DNA from: a bacterium
Lineage (GTDB): Bacteria; Bdellovibrionota_C; UBA2361; CALJRW01
Direction: 5' to 3'
Assembly: GCA_031385045.1 (NCBI GenBank)
Contig: JANNBC010000054.1
Coordinates: 1 to 64,000, forward strand
DNA length: 64,000 nucleotides
The notes under the pieces are model-generated. The model searched no databases. It saw only the letters and a program-made list of their open reading frames with translations, and was not told where the DNA came from. The translations under genes were made by a program, and so were the position numbers. Shown here piece after piece: positions 32,668 to 41,451 of this stretch. Positions within the stretch are counted from its first letter, which is position 1. The number at the start of each line of letters is the position of its first letter.

Positions 32668-32706
32668 GGCGAAGTAGATAAGAACAATATCTATTTCGCC
32701 TTTATT
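32668..32706 (+). terminator. Intrinsic terminator after hpf
   Basis: GGCGAAGTAGATA-N7-TATCTATTTCGCC followed by TTTATT. Confidence 0.65.
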
Positions 32707-32847
32707 GCATCTAACACCTATAATTAAATGCTAATCCTTAGTCCGCAGTTAAAAATCCCCCAAACTGCCCTTTTCATAATTTGATTTCCACTATTCCTTA
32801 ACTTGTCGTATGATTTCGCAGAGTTTTAAATTCTTGCGAGTCGTAAT

Positions 32848-34551
32848 TTGAACACTGTTCTGAATAATAAAATCCTAGCTCTCGGTTTGCTAATCTTGCT
32901 ATACCTGCTGATTAATGTTCCAAGTTCGATCACTAAGCCTTTCTATTCTAAAGGTGAGCCAAGAGAGGCACTGTCTTCTCAGTACATGCTAAAAACTAAT
33001 AATTGGGTAATTGCTAAAAGATATGGCGATGAGATTCAAACTAAACCACCGTTTAGTCATTGGATTAGCGCAGTTAGTTCACTGCCAGCAGGCAAGGTAT
33101 CAGAATTTACCTCGCGCATCCCCTCGCTACTCTTTAGCTTTTTAGTGCTAGTTGGTTTCTATTGTTTTTTAAGCAAACAGACTAACCCACGAATCGCTTT
33201 TTACTCCTGCTTGTTTTTATTGCTAACTCCAGAATGGTTAAGAGCCTCGCAAACTAGCCGAGTAGATATGACGCTGGCCGGAGCCCAGACACTAGGAACC
33301 TTAGTTCTTTATCAATACTATTTAAGTAATTTTAAAAATAAAAAATTAGTCTTACTTGCCTCCCTCCTCTTCGGAATGGCCTTCCTAACAAAAGGACCAG
33401 TCGGCTTAGTCTTGCCACTTGCCAGCTTTGGAGGATTTTTATTAATCAAAAAAATCGCTTTTAAAAAGATCCTGTTAGAATCGATACTAATTGCCACCAT
33501 TGCTTCAATCCTACCCTTATGTTGGTACTTATTTGCTTATAAACAATTAGGAGATCAGTTTATTCAAGTTGTGTTCCTAGAAAACTTTCAGCGTCTTAGC
33601 TCGACAATGAGCGACGGAGAAGAACCGCATGAGCATTCGTTTATTTATCTTTACAGCACAGTAATACTGGGACTTCTGCCTTTTTCATTATATTTAATTG
33701 CTGGACTGAGCGAATTTAAATTCAAACAGTCTCTCCGAGAATTATATAAAAAAATCTTACAAAACGATCTTTATCTATACTTTGTAGTTTTTACTTTGGT
33801 AACAGCATTATTTTTTGCAATCCCAAGTTCTAAACGCAGTGTTTACCTACTACCAATCTACCCATACTTAGCTTTCTTTCTGACAATTTATTTTCAAGAA
33901 TTTAAGAACCTACGTTTTTGGAAAATTATTAATTACACCTTACTCTCACTAATAAGCTTTTTAGGTTTAGTTGTACTAATATTTTTATTACTAGACTTTA
34001 ATCATCTGCCCCTTAGCGAACGTAAATTACTGGAATTAAATTTTTACCAAACTCTCTTTAGAAAAGACTTTGGTCTTAATCTGCATGGACTAGTATTAGT
34101 AGCACTGACCTTAATTCCTTTAATTTTTAAATTAGTACTTAAGAGGTTCCCAAAAATTGAACTGCAATTCTTGACTGTCACTTACATTATATTATTAATT
34201 TTGATTAGTAACTTTGTTCTTCCACGACTTTCAGAAGGCTTAACAACGAAATATTTAGCAAAATCATTTGAAGCAAAAATCCTACATCCCGAATTACCAA
34301 TCTATAGTTATAATTTTAGAGATTATGGTCTTAACTTCTACCTGCATGGTCATATTCAGGAATTTCCTAAAACAGTCACTTCGGCAATACCCGAAGAGCA
34401 GTTTTATATGATTTGTAAAGAATTAGAATGTCAGGACGCAACAACTTCCTTGGCAGAAGAATATACAGCTCAAAAAATTGATTCTGGATACTTTAGTTTT
34501 GAATGGCCTTCTAAGCAGTATACGCTTTATTATCTTACTAAAAAGATTTAA
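32848..34551 (+). CDS. ArnT/PMT-family (GT-C) glycosyltransferase
   Basis: GEPRE, KPP, RIPS, LTKGPVG, KRSVYLLPIYP. Confidence 0.88.
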   Translation: MNTVLNNKILALGLLILLYLLINVPSSITKPFYSKGEPREALSSQYMLKTNNWVIAKRYGDEIQTKPPFSHWISAVSSLPAGKVSEFTSRIPSLLFSFLVLVGFYCFLSKQTNPRIAFYSCLFLLLTPEWLRASQTSRVDMTLAGAQTLGTLVLYQYYLSNFKNKKLVLLASLLFGMAFLTKGPVGLVLPLASFGGFLLIKKIAFKKILLESILIATIASILPLCWYLFAYKQLGDQFIQVVFLENFQRLSSTMSDGEEPHEHSFIYLYSTVILGLLPFSLYLIAGLSEFKFKQSLRELYKKILQNDLYLYFVVFTLVTALFFAIPSSKRSVYLLPIYPYLAFFLTIYFQEFKNLRFWKIINYTLLSLISFLGLVVLIFLLLDFNHLPLSERKLLELNFYQTLFRKDFGLNLHGLVLVALTLIPLIFKLVLKRFPKIELQFLTVTYIILLILISNFVLPRLSEGLTTKYLAKSFEAKILHPELPIYSYNFRDYGLNFYLHGHIQEFPKTVTSAIPEEQFYMICKELECQDATTSLAEEYTAQKIDSGYFSFEWPSKQYTLYYLTKKI

Positions 34552-34561
34552 TCATTTTAGC

Positions 34562-36382
34562 TTAAGAGTTCAAATAGAGCCGATCAATCTGTTCTTGATA
34601 ACCTTGATAAACCTTACCCACTTTAACTTTCATAGTTGGAGTAAGGTAACCATTTTCAATACTAAAGTCTTGATCAATTAAAGCAAATCTTTTGATTGCT
34701 TCATAACTAGCAAGTTGATTATTAACTTGGATAACTTCGCTCTCGATCAAATCTATGATAGGTTTTTGGCTTAAATAATCCGAGCCAAGAGTAACTCCTT
34801 GTCTCTGAAAATATTCCATCAGGGTATCTTTATTAATAACAATTAAGGCAACAATAAAAGGTCGATCGTTACCAAAAAGAACAGCATTATCAATAAACTT
34901 GGACTCTTTAATTTTATATTCAATTGGATTGGGAGCAATTTTCTTGCCATAAGAAGTCACAATAATTTCTTTCTTGCGTCCAGTAATTGTTAAATAACCT
35001 TCGGAATCAAGACTCCCTAAGTCTCCCGTATGAAACCAGCCATCCCCTTTCCAACTTTCGGTGGTAGCTGCTGGTCTACGCCAATAGCCCTGACAAACAT
35101 TTGGTCCACGAAAAATTATTTCCTGATCTTCGGCGACCTTCACTTCAATTGTGGAATCAAGGACTGGGCCAACAGTGCCAATCTTATTTTTACCGATACG
35201 ATTAATATTTGTAGCCACACAGGTCTCCGTTAAACCATAGCCTTGCAAGATGGAGATACCTAGTCTTTCAAAAAATAAATTTGTCTCGGCGTTTAATTTC
35301 GCTCCACCAGAAACGACAAAGAAAAAATTATCTCCAAAAATTCCTTGTTTTACCTTCTTACGAATTGGCTTGAGTAAGTTATGTAGAATTTTATATTTAA
35401 AAGAATTATTTTTTTCTTTAGCTACTTGAATAGCCAATGCTAATAACTTTGCTTGAAAACTTGCCCCCCTAGCGCGAGCTTTTAATTTATCTTCGACCTT
35501 CTCCAGAATCCGAGGAACAATTGGAAAAACATTAGCATTAGCATCTTTAATATCTTGAACTAATAACTCAGGGTCAAACTTAGAATTCTTTGGATCAATG
35601 GAAGGAAATTTTAAGGAACAATCCGTTAGCAAACCAAGATATGCCATCAGCTTAGCAAAAGAATGCGCCAAGGGTAAAAATAAAAACAATGAAGGATGCT
35701 CTACTAAGATGCCGCTATTTAGAACTTGGCTAATATTAGCTAAGTGATTGCCATGCGTCTGGACAACGCCTTTTGGTAGTCCAGTTGTCCCCGAGGTGTA
35801 GACGATGCTTGCTAAATCAGCTTCAGTTAATTTTTCAATTTCAAAATGGGCATAATTAGTATTTGGTGTTTTTAAGATCTCACTTAAATGCACGACAAGC
35901 GGATTAGCAGTTACTGCTTCTAATAAGATAAATTTCTTAAAGCTTAGCCTTGCTTGATGTGCTGGTCGATCCTCTACTTCAGGAACAGCAATCTCTTGAT
36001 CTACCAAGCTTAATAACTTATCTAACTGCTCTTGATTTTCAGCAATCACAACAGAGGCACTACTATCATAAAGTAAGTAAGCAATTTCGTTAGGAGTTAA
36101 GGTTTGATAAACCGAGACGGAGGCAGCCCCATTAAACATGATTGCAAAATCAGCAATTAACCACTCCGGCCTAGTATTAGATAAAATTGCTACATTATCA
36201 CCCTTACTAAGTCCAAGGTCATGAAGATAATTAGCCAAAGTAACTACTGAAGTAAAAAACTCCCTGTATGTTAGTGTCTGGAAGCATCTTGGAGTTGCGA
36301 TAACTTTTGGCAAAAGTTGCTGAGAAACAATTCGATCTGGGCAATTTTCAAATTGTTCAATTAATTTTTTTACTAAATTCAT
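34562..36382 (-). CDS. Long-chain fatty acid-CoA ligase
   Basis: YTSGTTGLPKG, GYGLTET, FHTGDLG, GRKKE, LTPTMK. Confidence 0.93.
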   Translation of the reverse strand: MNLVKKLIEQFENCPDRIVSQQLLPKVIATPRCFQTLTYREFFTSVVTLANYLHDLGLSKGDNVAILSNTRPEWLIADFAIMFNGAASVSVYQTLTPNEIAYLLYDSSASVVIAENQEQLDKLLSLVDQEIAVPEVEDRPAHQARLSFKKFILLEAVTANPLVVHLSEILKTPNTNYAHFEIEKLTEADLASIVYTSGTTGLPKGVVQTHGNHLANISQVLNSGILVEHPSLFLFLPLAHSFAKLMAYLGLLTDCSLKFPSIDPKNSKFDPELLVQDIKDANANVFPIVPRILEKVEDKLKARARGASFQAKLLALAIQVAKEKNNSFKYKILHNLLKPIRKKVKQGIFGDNFFFVVSGGAKLNAETNLFFERLGISILQGYGLTETCVATNINRIGKNKIGTVGPVLDSTIEVKVAEDQEIIFRGPNVCQGYWRRPAATTESWKGDGWFHTGDLGSLDSEGYLTITGRKKEIIVTSYGKKIAPNPIEYKIKESKFIDNAVLFGNDRPFIVALIVINKDTLMEYFQRQGVTLGSDYLSQKPIIDLIESEVIQVNNQLASYEAIKRFALIDQDFSIENGYLTPTMKVKVGKVYQGYQEQIDRLYLNS

Positions 36383-36533
36383 GGCAATTTTTTAAGATGA
36401 TGGTCTGTAAAGTTTATTTTACTTTGCTAGCGACAGATAGTCATTACAAAAAGTCTACTTTAACTGAAAAAAGAAGATCCCAACCTAAATCTTTTAGCTT
36501 GCCAACGAAAAACGATCCTAATTAGTATTAATT

Positions 36534-37088
36534 TTAGATCAAACTTGCTAAATCTACGGAGCGATAGGTTGATGGCTTACGAACCTTTCCAGAAATGTCT
36601 TTTCCAACACCGTAAAACTTACCCTGAATGGCAATGACTTCAACTGTTTTAACTTCTGCTGGCCAAGAAACATTTTGATCTAAATGCCACTGATGCTCAG
36701 CTAACAAATCGGCTGGCCCTGACCAATTATTTAATAAGACAAATTTCTCAAGATTATTATCGGCAACTAACTCAAAGGCTTCTTCTAATTTTAAATTAAA
36801 AGCTAGCATGTTCCAATACATGGTATAGGCAACATCGGCCAAACCATCTAACATTTCTTTCTTATCTATTTTACTTTCAGCAATCTCATAAGTTAGAGAG
36901 TTAGGATCGGCAATCACTTGTCCCTTAATTGATAATTCAATCCCTAAGCCCTGAATTACATACTCCAATGTTTCTGAAAGTAATAACTGCGCACCAAGCT
37001 TACGCAATGATTCCGATGCCTCAGCTGGATCCGCAATAAATTTTTGCCCAGCAAGTTGCATAAATAATTTTACTTTATCTGATTTCAT
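36534..37088 (-). CDS. MazG-like/PRA-PH all-alpha NTP pyrophosphohydrolase
   Basis: SETLEY, EMLDGLADVAY, NNLEK, GKVRKP. Confidence 0.72.
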   Translation of the reverse strand: MKSDKVKLFMQLAGQKFIADPAEASESLRKLGAQLLLSETLEYVIQGLGIELSIKGQVIADPNSLTYEIAESKIDKKEMLDGLADVAYTMYWNMLAFNLKLEEAFELVADNNLEKFVLLNNWSGPADLLAEHQWHLDQNVSWPAEVKTVEVIAIQGKFYGVGKDISGKVRKPSTYRSVDLASLI

Positions 37089-37093
37089 AGCGC

Positions 37094-39475
37094 TTAATTT
37101 TTTAAAACATTAATTAACTCTTCTTGAGTTGGGTAAATTTGCCGAAAATCAATTTCCTTGGCATCCATTACCTGATTTAATAGCTCTTGCTTTTTCTTTA
37201 AATTCTTAGAAATTATATAATCAATCGAACAGGCATTTAAAGAAATGATATTAACACTCTGAGTTTGTCCGATTCGGTAAATTCGGTCAATAGATTGCAA
37301 CCAGTGTTCCGCATTCCAAGTCTTATCTAAATAGACGGCGCAACTTGCAGCTGTAAGATTAATCCCTACTCCCCCTGCTGCCGGAATGGCAATTAAAATC
37401 TTAGTACTACCTGCCTCGGAGCTTTGAAATTCATTGACATATTTTTGTCGATCAATTGTTTTAACTTCCCCGTAATATGGACGGGTGTGATATGCTTGAT
37501 AGCGAATAACTAGCTCGCGCACATTTTCTGTAAAATTTGTCCAAATAACTAATTTTTGATCTTGAGCAATCACCTCCTCCACAATCTGATCTAATTCTTG
37601 AAATTTGATTGGCTCCCCCTTCCAAGTGGAATCAACGATTCTTGGATTTGAGGCAATCTGCACTGCTCGCAAGAATTGCTCTAAGATATTATCAATTGAT
37701 CGCTGATATGCTTCTCCCGCTAAAGTAGTTAATTGCACAAGTAATTCCTCGCGAATTTGATCGTAGCGGACTAATTGATCGCCAGTTAACTTTAAATCAC
37801 GCCGAATAAAGATCTTTGGGGGTAAATTAATTACTTCCGATTTCTTACGTCTTAATAACAGCTCTTGAAAGCGATACAAATATTCCTGGACGGCTTGTGG
37901 TTTAAAACTTTTAATACTAAAGCGACTCCACTTTGAACCAAGCTCGGCAACCTTTTCCAGCCATTCATAATAATTGGCTCCAAAACGCTCACCCTGATCT
38001 AAAAGAAATTGTTGCGACCAAAGATCTGAAAAATCTCGTGGTGAGGGGGTTCCACTTAAGAGCACACGCCTCGGGCAATACTTCGCTAATTTTACAATTG
38101 CTTTAAAAGTTATACTAAGAGGATTTTTTACCCGCTGTGATTCATCTAAACAAAGAAATGTTTTTTTACTGCTAGTTAGTTCGGCTAACTCTAGAGCAAC
38201 ATAACCAAGGCGCGCCTCCTCATAATTTATAACAAGAACATCTGGCTTGATAATCCCCTCTTTGATTTTTTTCAAAAATTTGATTCTAGTTACTTTAGTA
38301 TCTGGAGTAGTTGCAAATGTTAATTCTGGTAACCAGCGTTTAATTTCTTCTGTCCAGTTTAGAACTAATGAATTCGGACAGATTACTAGTAAAAGCTCGC
38401 AACCTTTATTTCGCTTCACTTCTTGATAGGCAGTCAAAACACTGAGGGTCTTTCCAAGTCCCATATCATCGGCAATAAAACAATTTTGCTGTTTTAAAAT
38501 CCAAGCGATTGCTACTCGTTGATGCGGATAGAGCTTACTAGCTAGGCTTTGATTTTGTATCTTCAGATCGAAGTCTTTTAACTGATTAAAGCGATCCCGC
38601 TCGCTTAGAATCTGAGAACGAAAACGAATTTTATTTAAATAATCAATAAAAACTTGAGATTTAGGAATTTGAGCAATTTCTACAGTCTCAAAAATTTCTA
38701 GTAATTTAGAATCATACAACGTCACAAGGGTTACTCCTTCACGTTCTTCAACTGTTTCCCAAAAAGGATCTTCTAAATAATCTGGAAAAATTCTAGCTAA
38801 ATCTTTAAAGCTAAATTGCCCCTTTAAAATTAAAACAGGTCGTCGATTCAAATCCAGCGTAAAGCAATTCTCTGGTGTCACCACACCTAACAGCCATTCA
38901 GAAAATCCATCAGTACATGATTCTAGGTATTTATTCCGAAGAGCCAACAAATCGGATCTCGCTTCTTTACTTAACCAAATGCGAACACTCGCTAGTCGCG
39001 CCTTCCAAATAATTTCTGATAAGTTTTGTAATTTTAATTTACTACTAAACTGCTTACGATCATTAAAATGAGCAATCTCTGGTAATAATGTTTTAAGCTT
39101 TTTAGTTGATGCTGACTTTAAACCATAAGTCTGATCTGTATTTTTTTGAACTAATGGAAATAATAAACAATTTTTTAAATCAGTAGCCGTTGGTTGATGT
39201 TCGCGATTAATAATCTTACTTCTTAACTCTTGAGTTTCTAGCAAATAGTCCTTGGTTTCCTGTTCTACAAGAACTACCTGATTCTTTTCCTGAAATTTCT
39301 TGATTAGTAAACTAATCTGCTCAACAGGTAAGGAGTACTCTTTTGCTTTGCTCTGATACTCAGCACCGGCAATTGATTTAATCAGTTTAACAGCCGGGCG
39401 ACTAGCTAAGACTTTTAAATGAATCGAATCCTTTGATTTATTAAATCTGATAATGGCGACAGGCTTTTCGGTCAT
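37094..39475 (-). CDS. SNF2-family helicase/translocase
   Basis: ADDMGLGKT, DESQ, LSGTP, LRRKK, GVGINL, QSIDRIYRIGQ. Confidence 0.92.
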   Translation of the reverse strand: MTEKPVAIIRFNKSKDSIHLKVLASRPAVKLIKSIAGAEYQSKAKEYSLPVEQISLLIKKFQEKNQVVLVEQETKDYLLETQELRSKIINREHQPTATDLKNCLLFPLVQKNTDQTYGLKSASTKKLKTLLPEIAHFNDRKQFSSKLKLQNLSEIIWKARLASVRIWLSKEARSDLLALRNKYLESCTDGFSEWLLGVVTPENCFTLDLNRRPVLILKGQFSFKDLARIFPDYLEDPFWETVEEREGVTLVTLYDSKLLEIFETVEIAQIPKSQVFIDYLNKIRFRSQILSERDRFNQLKDFDLKIQNQSLASKLYPHQRVAIAWILKQQNCFIADDMGLGKTLSVLTAYQEVKRNKGCELLLVICPNSLVLNWTEEIKRWLPELTFATTPDTKVTRIKFLKKIKEGIIKPDVLVINYEEARLGYVALELAELTSSKKTFLCLDESQRVKNPLSITFKAIVKLAKYCPRRVLLSGTPSPRDFSDLWSQQFLLDQGERFGANYYEWLEKVAELGSKWSRFSIKSFKPQAVQEYLYRFQELLLRRKKSEVINLPPKIFIRRDLKLTGDQLVRYDQIREELLVQLTTLAGEAYQRSIDNILEQFLRAVQIASNPRIVDSTWKGEPIKFQELDQIVEEVIAQDQKLVIWTNFTENVRELVIRYQAYHTRPYYGEVKTIDRQKYVNEFQSSEAGSTKILIAIPAAGGVGINLTAASCAVYLDKTWNAEHWLQSIDRIYRIGQTQSVNIISLNACSIDYIISKNLKKKQELLNQVMDAKEIDFRQIYPTQEELINVLKN

Positions 39476-39639
39476 GATTTCAGTGAAATTTGCATAATTG
39501 TTACGCTAGTAGCTCAAATAAGACTAGAATGATCATATTAATTTAGTACTAAATATTGTCTTAAAAAATCATTTGCTGATATTTATAATCTTAAGTAGTG
39601 GTGTTTTAAAAGGTTGTTAAGATGTTTTTTCAAGGGATA

Positions 39640-39840
39640 TAAACCCTCCGCAGATGAAATTTGCGGAGGGCGAGCGTAATCTTGGCTTTAGCTAAGTTAC
39701 GCCGTAAAAGACAAAACCAATACTCATCGCAGATGCGTAGGGTTTGGTTGTGTTTTCTACGGCACAACCTGTCTTCGACAGGATTTTGCTCGCTCACCTT
39801 TCTTTTCATTTTTTATCAAAAATGAAAAGCGGTGAGTATA
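39640..39840. repeat. About 200-bp structured repeat, copy 1 (MITE-like or structured RNA)
   Basis: Reverse-complement match to 41211-41413 (about 20 differences in 203 nt by hand alignment); ends TAAACCCTCCGC ... GCGGTGAGTATA; five internal hairpins. Confidence 0.9.
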
Positions 39841-39869
39841 ATTTTTTTACCCACTTTGCTTAAATTGCA

Positions 39870-40577
39870 ATGAACAACGAAAAACTTCAAATCAATACAC
39901 CTGCAACGGAGCAGAACCAATCCCAGATTAACCTTACTGGTGAATCCGTTCATTTAAGCTCTGGAGCTATTGCCTTTAAATCTACTGGTTTAATTAAGCA
40001 GACACCAGCTTTTAGAGTTATTTCTAATAAATTAGCCCCGTTTAACTATAATCCAGTACCAAGTTATAAAATTCAAGATACGATTTATGTAGTAGCCCTA
40101 GGCTCTGCTGGCTTTACAGCACAAAGAATTAAAACCGATAATCGTCAAGAAAGATTAAACCAAATCCACAGGGCTTGGAATATCCAAGTTTTGAAGGACT
40201 TTTGGAGTCATATGGTAGCTCATCCTCTGCCAGAAGAGGAGCTTTTTGCTGAATTTGGATTAATCATTGCTTGTCGTAAGTTTGTGATTCAAACAGCAGG
40301 TGAATCGAAGGAAGTTTGGGACACCACAATTTGGAAAGTTAATCAGGGAGAAATTAAAGCCTACCATCAGTTTATCTCGAAGCAAGAACCAGTTCCAATG
40401 TCACTACAACTAGACTCAGGACAAGTAGAACGAATTTTCTTGTTAAATGAGAAAGAGGCCTTGCACTTAAATTCAGAAACTAATGAAATTGAATTAATGC
40501 AAGTGACTGAAGGCGCAAAACTACTAGCCACAAACGAAGTCGAAAGCTTAGAGGCTTCTACAAAAAAAGTTGCTTAG
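39870..40577 (+). CDS. Hypothetical protein
   Basis: 235-aa ORF with no recognisable motif. Confidence 0.6.
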   Translation: MNNEKLQINTPATEQNQSQINLTGESVHLSSGAIAFKSTGLIKQTPAFRVISNKLAPFNYNPVPSYKIQDTIYVVALGSAGFTAQRIKTDNRQERLNQIHRAWNIQVLKDFWSHMVAHPLPEEELFAEFGLIIACRKFVIQTAGESKEVWDTTIWKVNQGEIKAYHQFISKQEPVPMSLQLDSGQVERIFLLNEKEALHLNSETNEIELMQVTEGAKLLATNEVESLEASTKKVA

Positions 40578-40580
40578 AGA

Positions 40581-41063
40581 TTAGTTAGCCTTACTACAAT
40601 CGACAAAGCTTATTGCTGCAGTCTTTAAATCAGCTACGCTACCTTCCGCTAAGGTTGGAGAATCTGATAATTCCAACGTTGCTACCAGCTCAATCTCAAT
40701 TAGAGACCCAAGTGGCAAGCCCGCGACTTGAACTGTTGAACGAGTCGGATAACCAGGCCCAGGCCCCATCCACTTTGCATAGATCTCATTTACAATACTA
40801 AAATCCCGAAGATTAATCATAAAGATTGTAGTTTTTAAGGTGTAAGAGAAATCTAATTGTAAAAAGTTAAGAATCGTCAAAAGATTTCGCATCACTTGTT
40901 CTGTTTGACCTTGAATTCCACCATCAACAATTTTATTGCTTATTGGATCTAAGGGAATCTGCCCAGAAAGATAGACTAAATTATCAATAATTGTAGCTTG
41001 GGAATACGGCCCTAAAGCTTCTGGAGTATTGGGAACACCATTGATATAACGAATTGTAGACAT
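40581..41063 (-). CDS. ridA: RidA/YjgF family imine deaminase
   Basis: GPYSQA, LSGQIP, KTTIF, PTRSTVQVAGLP, IEIE. Confidence 0.9.
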   Translation of the reverse strand: MSTIRYINGVPNTPEALGPYSQATIIDNLVYLSGQIPLDPISNKIVDGGIQGQTEQVMRNLLTILNFLQLDFSYTLKTTIFMINLRDFSIVNEIYAKWMGPGPGYPTRSTVQVAGLPLGSLIEIELVATLELSDSPTLAEGSVADLKTAAISFVDCSKAN

Positions 41064-41210
41064 AACTGATTTTTAAATTTAGTCAGAAGAAATTCTATCT
41101 AAAACCTAGTAGTTTTTTATAGTAATCATTTTTTATAGAATTACTCTAGACCTAGTATTATCAAAGAATCTCTAAAAAAGACAGTACTGTAAATAACAAA
41201 ACAAGGTACT

Positions 41211-41413
41211 TAAACTCACCGCTTTTCATTTTTGATAAAAAATGAAAAGAAAGGTGAGTGAGCAAAATTCTGACGCAGACAGGTTTTGCCGTAGAGAACA
41301 ATACTAAACCCTACGCAAATTAGCGGTGAGTATTGGTTTTGTCTTCTACGGTGTAACTTGGCTTAAGCCAAGATTACGCTCGCCCTCCACAAATTTCATC
41401 TGCGGAGGGTTTA
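41211..41413. repeat. About 200-bp structured repeat, copy 2 (inverted relative to copy 1)
   Basis: Ends TAAACTCACCGC ... GCGGAGGGTTTA; same hairpin set as copy 1. Confidence 0.9.
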
Positions 41414-41451
41414 AATAGATTTTTTATATCAACTATAGTACTTTTTCTCCC

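Noticed and set aside
36534..39475. Prophage remnant suggested by the SNF2 and MazG-like genes
   Set aside because: No integrase, structural genes or att-like direct repeats nearby.
39640..41413. The 200-bp elements as a CRISPR array, tRNA, integron attC or simple terminators
   Set aside because: No repeat-spacer periodicity, no tRNA T/D-loop consensus, no attC core sites or integrase, and both copies lie between gene starts rather than gene ends.
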